Positions 24,411 to 36,743 are shown, numbered from the whole stretch's first letter. The stretch is DNA of 63,685 nucleotides, filler included, from Octopus bimaculoides (GCF_001194135.2; 4 parts of 3 records of this genome joined end to end with filler, not necessarily neighbours in it), one strand, 5' to 3'. The notes: generated by a model not told the origin, from the sequence alone. Program-made: numbers and translations.

Positions 24411-24560
24411 GCTGCTGGAATAGTGAATCCCCTCACATCAAACATAATTTCTGTTAATTCTGACAGCTTCCCCTCTGAGTTTCTTGACAGAAATCTTTAC
24501 CATGCCAGCGAGATGCCTCAAGGATTCAGATTTGATTTTCTAAAGAAATCATATGAAATG
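24411..24560 (+). CDS. CRPPA: CRPPA/ISPD-like, next exon (150 nt, phase 0/0)
   Basis: Encodes AAGIVNPLTSNIISVNSDSFPSEFLDRNLYHASEMPQGFRFDFLKKSYEM (human AAGAIRPLVSTVVS...[25 protein letters not shown]). Polypyrimidine acceptor catacAG, donor GTaaaa, in frame with the previous exon. Confidence 0.92.
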
Positions 24561-25057
24561 GTAAAACTTTATTTTAAGAAATATTTTACCACATTTTAAT
24601 TGTCAATAATTTTGCTTGTCTTCTGGTGCCTTATTCCCACATATGTACATTCAGATCCTGTGTCAAGAAGTGTACATATGTCAAAATAGTGTACTCAAGG
24701 ATGATTGGAGAATAAAGTGACTAAAATATAATGTACCATCATCAGTCAGATGAAATTCTTTGTGGTAAATGTTTTATAGCCAGCTGCCCTTCTTGTTGCT
24801 ATCCCTCATTTGTTTCCAAGTAAAGTAATTTAGTACTTAGAAATACTGTAAGTGAGGTCAATACCTTAAAACCTTTTAGTTACAACTTATTTTAAAATGT
24901 AGATATTTGCAATGAATATTTTGCTAGCCCTTCAAATAAAGTTCAATCATTTTCATTCTTGTTTTTTTTTTTTTCATTTTCAAATATATATCACTTGCTG
25001 TTTCAACCTAAGCTAGAGAAGCTAGGATCAACATGCTTCAAAATTTATTTGTATATC

Positions 25058-27492
25058 ATCATCATCGTCATCATCATCGTTTAACATCCAGTTTCCATGC
25101 TGGGATGGGTTGCATAGTTTGATTGAGAGTGTAGTGGGTGCTTTCTATGTGCCACTTGCACAGGAGTCAGTCAAGTGGCACTGGCATCAGCCACGCTTGA
25201 ATGGTGCTTTTTACGTGCCACCAGCTTGGATGCCAATCAGGCAGCACTTGCATCAGCCACGCTCAAATGGTACTTTTTATGTACCACCAGCACAGGTGTC
25301 AGTCAAGCAGCACTGGCATCGGCCACACTCAAATGGTGTTTTTTACATGTCACTGGCACAGGTGCTAGTCAGGCCATGCTGGCATTGGCCACGACTATGA
25401 ATTCACCCGGTCCAACAGTTCTTCACAAGCACGGCATATCAGTCAACGATTGAAGGGTGCTTCTAAACAGGCCAGTTGTGGAACACTGACATCAGCCACG
25501 ACTACGCGCTCACTTAGCTTGCTGGATCTTCTCAAGCACAGCATACTTCAAAGGTCTCAGCCGCTTGTCATTGAATCTGTGAGGCCCAATGTTTAAAAGT
25601 CATGCTTTACCACTTCATTCCATGTCTTTCTGGGTCTACCTCTTCCACAAGTCCCCTTCACTGTTAGGGTGTGACACTTCTTCACACAGCTGTCCTCATC
25701 CATATGCATCACAAGACCATACCAGCACAGTCGTCTATCTTGCCCACCGCATCTGATGTTTTTTTATGTTCAACTTTCCTCTCTGGGCGCTTACACTGTC
25801 GTGTGTGCACACTGACATTACACATCCAGCAGAGCATACTAGCTTCATTTCTTGCAAGCCTATACATGTCCTCAGCAGTCACAGCCCATGTTTGACTGCT
25901 GTGTAGCCTGGCAGTTTGCACACAGGCATCATATAGTCTACCTTTCACTCTGAGCTAGAGGCCTTTTGTTACCAGCAGAGGTAGGAGCTCTCTGAACTTT
26001 GCCCAGCCTATTCTTATTCTAGCAGCTATGCTCTCAGAGCATCCACTTCCGCTACTGACTTGGTCACATAAGTAATGGAAGCTATCAACTACTTCTAGTT
26101 TTTCCCCCTGGCATTTGATGGAATCTGTTTTCTGTACATCTTTGGTGTTTATGGCACCTGTGCGTCTTCCACACCCAAAAACTATCTTCCCAGTTAACCT
26201 TCCTTTGATATTACTGCACCACTTATGTGTTCATAGCTTACACCAGGTACATCTTATAGAGTTTCTACCTATGCCTTTTCTACAGATCAAGCAAGGCTAT
26301 CTACCTGAAGGGATTTGTGATTTGTCAGCTTTCCTACTTACTAAAACTTTAGTTTTTGCTAGGTTAACTCTGAGGCACTTCAATTCTAGACCTTGCTTCC
26401 ATACCTGAAACTTCTTTTCTAGTTCTGGTAGTGATTCAGCTATAAGAGCAAGGTCATCAGCATAGAGGAGTTCCCAGGGGAAACCTGTCTTGAATTCCTC
26501 TATTATTTTCTGGAGGACTATGATGAACAAGAGGTGGCTGAGGACCAATCCTTGTTGAACCCCTACTTCTACCTGGAATTTTTCACTGTACTTGTTACCA
26601 ACCCTCACCTTACTGACAGCATCCTTGTTCATGGCTTGTACAGCTCTCACCACTCGCTTATCTATCCCTAGTTTCTGCATTGACCACCAGATAAGGGATT
26701 GGGGGACCCTGTCAAAGGCTTTCTCCATGTCAATAAAAGTCAAATACAGAGGTTTATCTTTGGCTAGGAATTTCTCTTACCAGAAATACAGCATCAGTGG
26801 TGCTTCTCCTTGACACAGACCCAAACTGTATCTTATCTAAACTAACTCTCTCCCTAATTAGTTGGGCTATGACCCTCTCCGCAACTTTCATTATCTGATC
26901 CAACAATTTGATACTTCTGTAGTTATTTCTATCTAAAGCATCACCTTTACCTTTGTAGCAGTTGACTATGGTGCTGCTACACCAGTCATTGAGTATGACT
27001 CCTTCATGTATCACCTGGCTACCTATACGAGTAACTAGACTATAGCCTACAGCACCAGATATTTTAAGCATCTCGCCAATTATTCCTATCTTCATGCCCT
27101 TAATTGCTTTTTCTACCAAGTTACTGTCAATTTGGATAGCTGGTCCCTCTGTTGGGTCGACATGTGAAAGACTCTCATTCATTCTCTTTATTTAGCAACC
27201 TTTCATAGTGGCGTTTCCAAGTTTCTTGCTTTGCAGCATCATTAAATGCAAGTGAGCCTCTTCTCTGACATCATGATTTTCTCTCACACACCGCCTTGCA
27301 ATTTGAAACACTTCAAGTCTCTGGTCCTCACAAGGCAGAACATTGGCAAATTTCTTCTTATCTGCTTCCCCTCCGGCTACGTAAATCTGTCTCCTAACTT
27401 CCTTTCTGGCTATCTGATACAATTCCCTGCTACCATCACACTTCACTTCCAGTCCTTCCAGCCTGTTTCTTTTCCCTAATGACCCTGTCAAC
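25058..27492 (-). mobile_element. RTE LINE, ~2.4-kb 5'-truncated decayed copy
   Basis: WCSSTIVNCYKGKGDALDRNNYRSIKLL, FIDMEKAFDRVP, GVQQGLVLSHLLF, LLYADDLAL; 3' UTR repeats and (CAT)n tail. Confidence 0.95.
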
Positions 27493-28174
27493 TACAATAA
27501 ACAAATAAGTAAAGTAAAAGTAAAATGCCTTATGAAAACAATTGTCTATGAAGGATGAGGATATATCAGTAAAAACAATGTCTGTATGTTGTGGTGATTT
27601 GGAACCAGTTAATTTTCTAATATAAACGTTTGCACATTTTTCTATTCACCAAATTTTGGTTAATTTCAAACCATCATTTCCACTATTCTATTAGGTCATT
27701 GCAAGTAAAGTAAGATGCAGAATTCCTTCTGCAAACTAATACTGCCTCTTTTTAAGGAATCAGATCAATAATTCTGAAGAAATTTGTCATTAAATTGGAT
27801 GGAATGTAACAAAATTTTCGTTTGTGAAAATAATGATTTTTACACTAAAATGTTGAAAATTACCTATTCTAACAGATGTGGGATTTATTATTGAAATATT
27901 TGAACCTGTTTGAGTGCAACAAAACAAATAATTCTCAAGATATTTCACATGGAATTCACTCTACTGCATGCAGTCAGACTAGACCTACATTTTGAGTTCA
28001 ACAAACTGATATTTACACCATTGAATTTTTCTTTTCTTTTTATAGGTTTTGCTGCGATTTACAGTTTTTGAAATCATGCAGTTTCTATATATTAGCAGTT
28101 GCTTATTTCCTTCATTTTTATCATTTTTATCAATAGTGCTGTTATAATAAAAGATATGTGTACGTAATCGAGTA

Positions 28175-28410
28175 GTCAGGAAGAAAAGAAAGGTTAAATA
28201 TTCACAGAAAATTGTAGATATTAAAGTTTTCCTAATTTTCTAAAGATGATCATTTGTGTGTCTGACCAGAGAAAACTGCAGTGTTCTTACAATAAAAGGA
28301 AGAAAGGAAAGGTTAGGTATTCACTGAAAATTGTAGATATTTAAAGTTTTTAAAGATGATTGTTTGTTTGTCCAGAACTGAATAAACTGTAGATATGAAA
28401 GTTTTTAAAC
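28175..28410. repeat. Degenerate ~120-bp tandem duplication
   Basis: gaaaggtta..tattcac.gaaaattgtagatatt.aaagtttt occurs twice, with a partial third copy. Confidence 0.6.
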
Positions 28411-28689
28411 TTATTTTGAAGGAAATATAAAATACTCAAAGGAAATTGTAGTTATTCNNNNNNNNNNNNNNNNNNNNNNNNNNNNNNNNNNNNNNNNNNN
28501 NNNNNNNNNNNNNNNNNNNNNNNNNNNNNNNNNNNNNNNNNNNNNNNNNNNNNNNNNNNNNNNNNNNNNNNNNNNNNNNNNNNNNNNNNNNNNNNNNNNN
28601 NNNNNNNNNNNNNNNNNNNNNNNNNNNNNNNNNNNNNNNNNNNNNNNNNNNNNNNNNNNNNNNNNNNNNNNNNNNNNNNNNNNNNNNNN

Positions 28690-28803
28690 TATTTGTCCTC
28701 ATCTTGTTTGTTGTTAACACAACGTTTCGGCTGATATACCCTCCAGCTGGAGGGTATATCAGCCGAAACGTTGTGTTAACAACAAACAAGATGAGGACAA
28801 ATA
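28690..28803. repeat. Perfect 114-bp palindrome (2 x 57 bp, no spacer)
   Basis: tatttgtcctcatc...ccctccag|ctggaggg...gatgaggacaaata, centred at 28746/28747. Confidence 0.95.
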
Positions 28804-28900
28804 TCCGACAAATGTAAATAATGTAAATAATGTAAATAATTCCCCATCTCTTAAATATAGAACTGTATTATTATTATTGTCGTCATCATTATCATTATTA

Positions 28901-29095
28901 GCGGCAAGGTGGCAGAATCATTAGCATGCTGAATGAAATGCTTAGCACTACATTCTGAGTTCAAATTCTGCCACGGTCGACTTTGCCTTTCATCCTTTTG
29001 GAGTCAATAAATTAAGTACCAGTGAAACACAGGTTGATGTAATCAACTAGTTCCCTCCCCTCAAACTTCAGGCCTTGTGCCTTTAGTAGAAAGGA
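28901..29095 (+). mobile_element. SINE family A, CpG-decayed copy
   Basis: Aligns with 41386-41520. Confidence 0.85.
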
Positions 29096-29096
29096 T

Positions 29097-31870
29097 TATT
29101 ATTATTATGTGATGAAACCCACTGCTTATTTTGCTGGGTATGATGGAAAGTGTCAGGTGTCCACAGCCAGCAGACGAAGGTGACACTTGTTCACTGGTCA
29201 TACTTCAAGAACCCTGCGAAGAATTCTTGCAATTCTAAACAATGCTGTTTTTTGTAGCTTTACACTTGCACCAATCTTTTTTAGCCATGCTGGTAGTTGA
29301 GTGCTGGTACTTCCAAGTGCACCAATTACTATTGGTATCACATCTACAAAGTAGACGTGATACCAAAATCCCTGTACACCATCAGGTCCTGCTGCTTTCC
29401 AATTGCTTATCTTTTCACTCATATTTCTGATACTGTCTTCTGTGAAGTGGATAGCCACTTGCTGAGGATAAGAAGCTGTTTGCTTCAGGCTGCAGAGCCA
29501 TTCATCTGTAGTGTTATGTTGTTCTTGCTTACTCTCCTCATTGACCACAACCTTCGAATTTCCCACTTCAAATCGTCCTATTTGTTTCTTTTTTCTCCTT
29601 TTTTCACATTGATCCTGTTGCCACCGGGACATGCTATGTCATTATCATGCATGTTCTTTTTTTTACATTCACCACAATGTTTGGTTTCTGATGTCTGGTC
29701 AGGTGATCACACTAGATCATTGTATCCCACAGGATTTTACAATTCTCATTCTCAGTGACTCCTTCTGGGGTTTGCTCATACCACGTCTTTGCTCTTTGTA
29801 GGCCATGATTTCCACAGAGCTCCCAACGGATCATTCTTGCCACATCGTCATGGCATCTTTTATATTCATGATGTGCCAATTTCAGGCACTTGCTAACGAT
29901 GTGCCATACCGTTTCACCCCTCTCACTACACATTCTGCATTTGTTGCTGTCGGTAGTATTGACTATTCTGCATTTCTGTCGATCAGTAATTGATTTTTGG
30001 TACCTCTGCATCTCCTACAGCCTTTTTGTTCCATCAGTAATATATTGTTCTCATCAGGAAATTTGTACACTTCTTCTGCAATTCCTCCTGATAGTGACTT
30101 CCACATTAATAGGAGGAAGGAAATTGGTCTGTAATTGTTAACAATATTTCCCTTTGATGTAGCCTTTTGTCAACCAGCCCATGATTTCTTCTTCTCTATT
30201 AATCAATGCATTAAATTGTTGTCCTGTAATCAATTTATGGCAATTACTGAACTTTTTTATCCAAAATCCCTGTACACCATCAGGTCCTGCTGCTTTCCAA
30301 TTGCTTATCTTTCTCTTCATATTTCTGATACTGTCTTCTGTGAATTGGATAGCCTTTTGCTGGGGATAAGAAGTTATTTGCTTCAGGCTGCAGAGCCATT
30401 CAGCTGTAGCACTATGTTGTTCTTGCTTATTCCATATCTTACCCCAGAAAAGTCAACTTTCATCAGCATCAGGAACTAATCTTTCATGTTTTTTATGATC
30501 ATTAATCTCTTGATAAAATCTTTTTTGGTCAGTTCTAAACAATTTGTTTTACCAGTATTGCTTAATCCGTTATTCAAATCTAGTTAGCTTTGCTTTTTTT
30601 TACAAGTATGCGCTGCTTCAGTTTTTCAGTTAGAACATTCAGGCCTTTTGTATCTACACCATACTTCTTCTTAAATTTTTCGAATTTACACTCATTCTTA
30701 AGTTCTCTATTTCTTTCCCTGACAAGAATTGACACTACACTATTCAAGGAGTTTATATCTTCTGAAATTCTCCATTTCCATGAACGTTGTTTTTTTTCCT
30801 TTTCTATCCTTCGCTGTTCTGTTCTCAGTAGTTCTCAATCCTATCCTTTACACCACAATTCTACTAGCAGCCTTGATAAGATTATTTGTTTGTGTGATGT
30901 ATTTTGTTTCAAAGTGTCTCAATATATTATTGACTTTACTCGTCTCTTGATTTAGTCTCCATTGGTTACCCTTCTTAAAGTCGCACATAAATTCTGCCCT
31001 CTCTGTATTTAATAGATCCAAAACCCTGTCTATTATTAATCGATTTTCATTGTTTGAGTAGTCACTAATCTCAATTCTTTCACAGTTCATGGTAGCATAT
31101 TCTTGTGAACAATTGCCCATCTCTTCCCCTATACCACTTTCGCTTCTTGCATACCAGAATTACCCGATATCCTTCTTTTAATAGCTTCTAGCTTCATTCC
31201 TGTTAACCATCCATTCTTTCATATTGCTCTTGCTTAGTCACATAATCTCTGTTCAGTAATTTCGAACAGTTCCATTGCTTTCCATGCACTGTGCATTCGT
31301 TTTCTGTACTCTCTGACAGGAATTCCATTCGCATCCACTGGGATACTCCAGTAGTAACACTCCATAACCATCATGTTTACTTGTTTACTCCACTTATGTC
31401 TTGTAGCATGGCTAACAGTGGCTGGATTATGACCAAGCCCACCCTGCTGCACAGCGGGACACCTGCCTTCACCATTGGTTCCAATCTCATTCACACCGTT
31501 ATTGTCAATTTTTATGCTTGGCATTTTCACTCACAAATGAGGTGTGTTTTAGGTTGCTACCAACCAGTATTTTTATCGAGACGCCATCTCTATCAAGGTA
31601 GTCCGCCAAGGTGGCAGGGGCCTTACTCCCTTGGTTTTTGAACTCAGAGTGGTCCTTCTCCTAGGCTGCTTGCCGTCCAAGGCTAATGAATACAGCCTAC
31701 CCAGAGCACTGGTTATTTGAAGGTACCAGATACTCACCTGTTCCCACTCTTCTCCTGTTGGTATAGCAGAGGAGTTGGGTTTGACTGTCAGGGGATTGGT
31801 GTTGTGCAGGCCATTGAGGCATTTTATAAGTAATGGGTGCTCAACTCCCCTCACCGCTCCAGCATTGACA
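29097..31870 (-). mobile_element. R4/Dong-type non-LTR retrotransposon (restriction-like endonuclease), internally deleted
   Basis: N-terminal HKWSKQVNMMVMECYY..YRKRMH..EQRLCD; NWKAAGPDGVQGFWIKKF; YRPI; zinc knuckle CRMCSERGETVWHIVSKC; KILWD; PIVIGALG; LQKTAL; (TAA)n tail. Confidence 0.92.
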
Positions 31871-32329
31871 GAAAAAGAAAAAACAAAAAAGAGAGAAAGA
31901 AGAGAAAGATTTTTACCGCATGGGGTAAAAATGTATTTAATTTATTGCTGTGTCTTAAATGTAAAATTGAACTTAATTATCCCATCCTCAAATTTAATTA
32001 ATTTCTCAAAAGTAACTTTTACCTCACTAGGTAAATTCTCATTCCCCCCTTTCTAATTCATTCCTCTCTCTCTCTATCTGTCTCTCCCTCTCTGCAAAGC
32101 ACAATTTTCAGCTGTTACTAGTAACATGCTGGATGTTTGTTTGTTTACAATCAAGAGAGTCCCAGTTAAAACTCCGTAAGCTATGATCCTAATATATAAT
32201 ACAAAGATATATCTAAAAAATATATGACATGTCTCTGCAATCTTTAATTTATTTAATTTGTTGCTGTCTTAAATGTAGAATTGAACTTAATTGTCCTGTC
32301 TTCAAATTTAATTAATTTCTCAAAAGTGA

Positions 32330-32377
<48 letters not shown>

Positions 32378-32693
32378 TAGTTTCATTTTTATGACGTGCT
32401 TTCACTTCACTACCGAGCGTAGCTCTGTGTGCCTTGGGTATGCGCTGTGGTTTGCTGTGATGCTCTTATGGTTACTGTATTGAAAGTGTTTTGTGCAGGA
32501 TGTGTGCAGTTCCCAGTAGTGCAATTTTCTGTATGTTATATATATTTGTAAGTCCTGATGTTTTTGTTATGTATTTGTCTGAATATTTTTTTATTATACC
32601 TAAGGCACCTACTATGATAGGAATTGTTTTTGTTTTTAGATTCCACATTCGAGTTAGCTCTATTTCCAGGTCTTTGTATTTTGAAAGTTTCTC
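32330..32693 (-). mobile_element. Second R4/Dong-type 3' fragment in a (TAA)n tract
   Basis: EKLSKYKDLEIELTRMWNLKTKTIPIIVGALGII...IQKIALLGTAHILHKTL*, followed by (TAA)n. Confidence 0.88.
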
Positions 32694-32737
32694 NNNNNNN
32701 NNNNNNNNNNNNNNNNNNNNNNNNNNNNNNNNNNNNN

Positions 32738-32749
32738 TTAATTAATTAA
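32738..32749. other. Assembly linker TTAATTAATTAA inside a 100-bp gap (32694-32793)
   Basis: Same layout as at 3361. Confidence 0.9.
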
Positions 32750-32794
32750 NNNNNNNNNNNNNNNNNNNNNNNNNNNNNNNNNNNNNNNNNNNNT

Positions 32795-33340
32795 AACAGT
32801 ATTTCGTCTGTCTTTAGTTCTAAGATCAAATGCCACCGCGGTCGACTTTACCTTTCATCTGCTCGGAGTCGATAAATTAAGTACCAGTTGCGTACTGGAG
32901 TCGATCTAACCGACGGGCCTCCTCCCTTCAAATTTCAGGCCTTGTGCCTATAGTAGGAAGAATTTCGCCACATTTTCTGGGTTTTTTTTTTTAATATTTC
33001 TATTTTCCTCTAGGGCGGTGAGCTGGCAGGCAAGGTGCTCAGCGGAATTTCGTCCGACTTTACGATCTGAGTTCAAATCCGACCGGGGTCGATAAAATAA
33101 CTATGAGTTGAGGATGGGATCGATGTATTTACTTTACCCCGTCCACTGAAATTGCTGGCCTTGTACCAACATTTCAAACGACTATTTCTACTTTCCTTCA
33201 AATTCCGCCGAGGACGACCTCGACTTTCATCCTTTCGAGGTCGATAAAAGTAAGTTCCCGTAAAGTACTGCGATCGATATAATTGATTTGACTCTTACCC
33301 TTAAATTGCTGGTTTAGTGCCAAAACTTGAAATCAATATT
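32795..33340 (+). mobile_element. Cluster of SINE family A copies and fragments
   Basis: Repeated gtcgacttt.cctttcatc....ggggtcgataaa motif at about 32840, 33085 and 33215. Confidence 0.8.
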
Positions 33341-33843
33341 TCAACTTTCCTTAACTTAGATACAAGAAATTTATTTATTTGCTTTGTTTATGTCTTTTTG
33401 TATCTTCTGACCTCGGTCAGTGAATCAAAAGTTTGAGTTCGATCTTTCTTGAACCTACATTCATCATTCGTTCTGGGTGGCAATATTTAAACAGATAATG
33501 AGATGTCATTTAACAGTTACAACCTAGTCTTCGACCGAGGAACTCATCACCAGCATCCAACAGAATGCTCAGCTATTTGACTTTCTGGTCGAAAGCCATA
33601 ACCACCTCTACATCACTGTCTCTACAATACATCGAGCACAAACAGCGGCAACAGTTGTTGAAAAACCATTCGATTATTGGCACTCAGCCACCTACTGCCG
33701 TCATGGTTATACGCACAATGAATTACACAAACATAAAATATGATAGATTTTTCTTTACGAAAAAGACATTTCATCTGTTCATCTCAACATTTTTTTCCGG
33801 ACATTGTCTCTGGGTTGGAATAATTCTTGCCAGCAATAATAAT

Positions 33844-33892
<49 letters not shown>

Positions 33893-34162
33893 TTTCAGAA
33901 AGATTCACCTCATTCAATTATAAAGTCTTTCGTTCTTTTCTCCTCGGCACAAATTCAGCATCTCTACGTTTACATTTGGAAACGAAAAAATCTCTGCTTA
34001 CACTGATTGATTGCCGATCTTAATCATCCCGCTGAGGATAAAATGTGGAGACACCATGTTCAAAATAAAATATTTCCTATATATAATCTATTTAACCTAC
34101 TGAGAAATATCATTAGTGTATATCGCTTTCTAATTCTACAAGTGTTGAGATCCAAAGCATTA

Positions 34163-34330
34163 AATATACTACGGCACTCCGTCGGTTGCGACGACGAGGG
34201 TTCCAGTTGATCCGATCAACGGAACAGCTTGCTCGTGAAATTAACGTGCAAGTGGCACTCCACAGACACGTGTAGCCTTAACGTAGTTCTCGGGGAGATT
34301 CAGCGTGACACAGAGTATGACAAGGCCACC
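34163..34330 (-). mobile_element. SINE family C, 3' part
   Basis: Reverse complement of 11320-11475. Confidence 0.75.
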
Positions 34331-34464
34331 AATCTTTGTCTCGCAACTACTCCTCCCATCGGTGAACGATGACATCGTATTACCTCTTTTTGTATTGAAT
34401 ATCAAGCGAAGAATACAAAAGGATATTCCAGTGATATTCTACTCCTTAAAACAAAAACTCGGAT

Positions 34465-34903
34465 TATATTCTTTTCTACTCTAGGCACAAGGTCTGAAAT
34501 TTGGGGGGAGGGGAACCAGTCGATTAGATCTACCCCAGTACGCAACTGGTATTTAATTTATCAGTCCGAAAAGGATGAAAGGTGAAGTCGACCTCGGCGG
34601 AATTTGAACTCAGAACGTGACGGCAGACGAAATACTGCTAAGCATTTCGCCCGGCGTTCTAACGTTTCTTATTTCTTTACTACCCACAAGGGGCTACACA
34701 CAGAGGGGACAAACAAGGACAGACAAACGGATTAAGTCAATTATATCGACCTCAGTGCGTAACTGGTACTTATTTAATCGACCCCGAAAGGATGAAAGAC
34801 AAAGTCGACCTCGGCAGAATTTGAACGCAGAACGTAGCGGCCGACGAAATATCGCTAAGCATTTCGCCCGACGTGCTAGAGTTTCTGCCAGCTCGCTGCC
34901 TTA
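34465..34903 (-). mobile_element. Dimeric SINE family A
   Basis: Two monomers joined at aaagaaataag|aaacgttag (minus-strand reading), with the same architecture as 41386-41825. Confidence 0.88.
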
Positions 34904-34934
34904 GAACTCGCATTATATCTGATCATAAATTATT

Positions 34935-35340
34935 ATGGTTGTGTGGTTAAGAAGTTCGCTTTGCGATCACGTGATTCTGAGTTCAGTCCCACCGTGCCGT
35001 GCCTTAGGCAAGAGTCTTCTAATGTAAGTTCGGGCCAGCCAATTCCTGTGCGGTAGATGGAAACTTTGTAGACGCCTGTTGTGTATGTGTGTGTGTCTGT
35101 GTGTATGTGTCTTTGTGAGTGTCTTTGTTTTTGTTTTATTTGTGTTTGTCCTACCCCACCTTTTAGCAACAGGTGTCGCTTTGTTTATATCCCTGTAATG
35201 TAACAGTTCGGAAAATGACAACGATAGAATAAGTAGCAGAATAAAATATTTTGTATTTGGGATCAATTTGTTCGACTAAACCTTTCGAAGCAGTGCTGCA
35301 GTATGGCCGCAATGCATTGACTGAAACAAGAAAAAACATG
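34935..35340 (+). mobile_element. SINE family B
   Basis: tRNA-like head gtggttaagaag...gagttcagtccc, CORE-like ccttaggcaagagtcttct, internal (TG)n, tail gcagtatggccgca..tgactgaaacaag. Confidence 0.8.
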
Positions 35341-35929
35341 AAAGATTTAACGATTCATAATGTCGACCATTAATAGGAAACCATAAATATGTGAGCGAAT
35401 GTTTATGCCCGATAGGTGCAATGCAATATGTAAATACAATTGAAGTTGCCAGCTTCATAAGTTACGATATAACATAGGATGTAGGAACCCAACATTTACT
35501 TCAGTGTTATGTACTTACAACAAGATGTTAGTGAAAATTGGTCGAAAACCAAACACTATTGACCATTAGTCGACAAAGCATCTATTGTCCGTAGAATTCA
35601 GTATAGAGAATGACGAATCGCTGTGGAATGGAATTAAAGTATATTAGCAAATCGACTCGACGAGAAGAATAGCTAAAGTGTGGTAGCAAAAGTTTGAGTA
35701 TTTCTAATGAAGAGGAAACTAATAAAAAGACAAAGAACACAAAACAACGCGGTTCACTGCTATAGAGGATTTTTCTCTCTTGTAAATTCAAAGGCCAATA
35801 CAAACATGCCAATCTAAATAACTCCATGTCAATTGGAACACAGAAAAACAATTAGTCAAAACAATGTAACAAAACATTGGATGGGAAAGAGTGAAGAGGA
35901 GAACAACGGAAACAGGAGCGAGGAAAATG

Positions 35930-36125
<196 letters not shown>

Positions 36126-36301
36126 GAAAAGTACAATACAGTCGAAGAATTCAATGTGCAAAGAGAATGTGCAACAACGCTTCTATATCTCTTGTGCACG
36201 CGTGTGTGCACATACATACACACAAATATATTTCTCTATATGCGATTATATCTATGCGTTTATATACATGTATATATGTGCGTATATTCATACACCCCCC
36301 C

Positions 36302-36369
<68 letters not shown>

Positions 36370-36705
36370 NNNNNNNNNNNNNNNNNNNNNNNNNNNNNNN
36401 NNNNNNNNNNNNNNNNNNNNNNNNNNNNNNNNNNNNNNNNNNNNNNNNNNNNNNNNNNNNNNNNNNNNNNNNNNNNNNNNNNNNNNNNNNNNNNNNNNNN
36501 NNNNNNNNNNNNNNNNNNNNNNNNNNNNNNNNNNNNNNNNNNNNNNNNNNNNNNNNNNNNNNNNNNNNNNNNNNNNNNNNNNNNNNNNNNNNNNNNNNNN
36601 NNNNNNNNNNNNNNNNNNNNNNNNNNNNNNNNNNNNNNNNNNNNNNNNNNNNNNNNNNNNNNNNNNNNNNNNNNNNNNNNNNNNNNNNNNNNNNNNNNNN
36701 NNNNN

Positions 36706-36743
<38 letters not shown>

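Noticed and set aside
27745-28100. Possible further CRPPA exons (several AG sites)
   Set aside because: No frame gives the expected GTECL, LWKVTY or RDL motifs.
31935-32327. ~78-bp duplicated AT-rich segment (31935-32012 vs 32251-32327)
   Set aside because: Real but ordinary local duplication, with no further structure seen.
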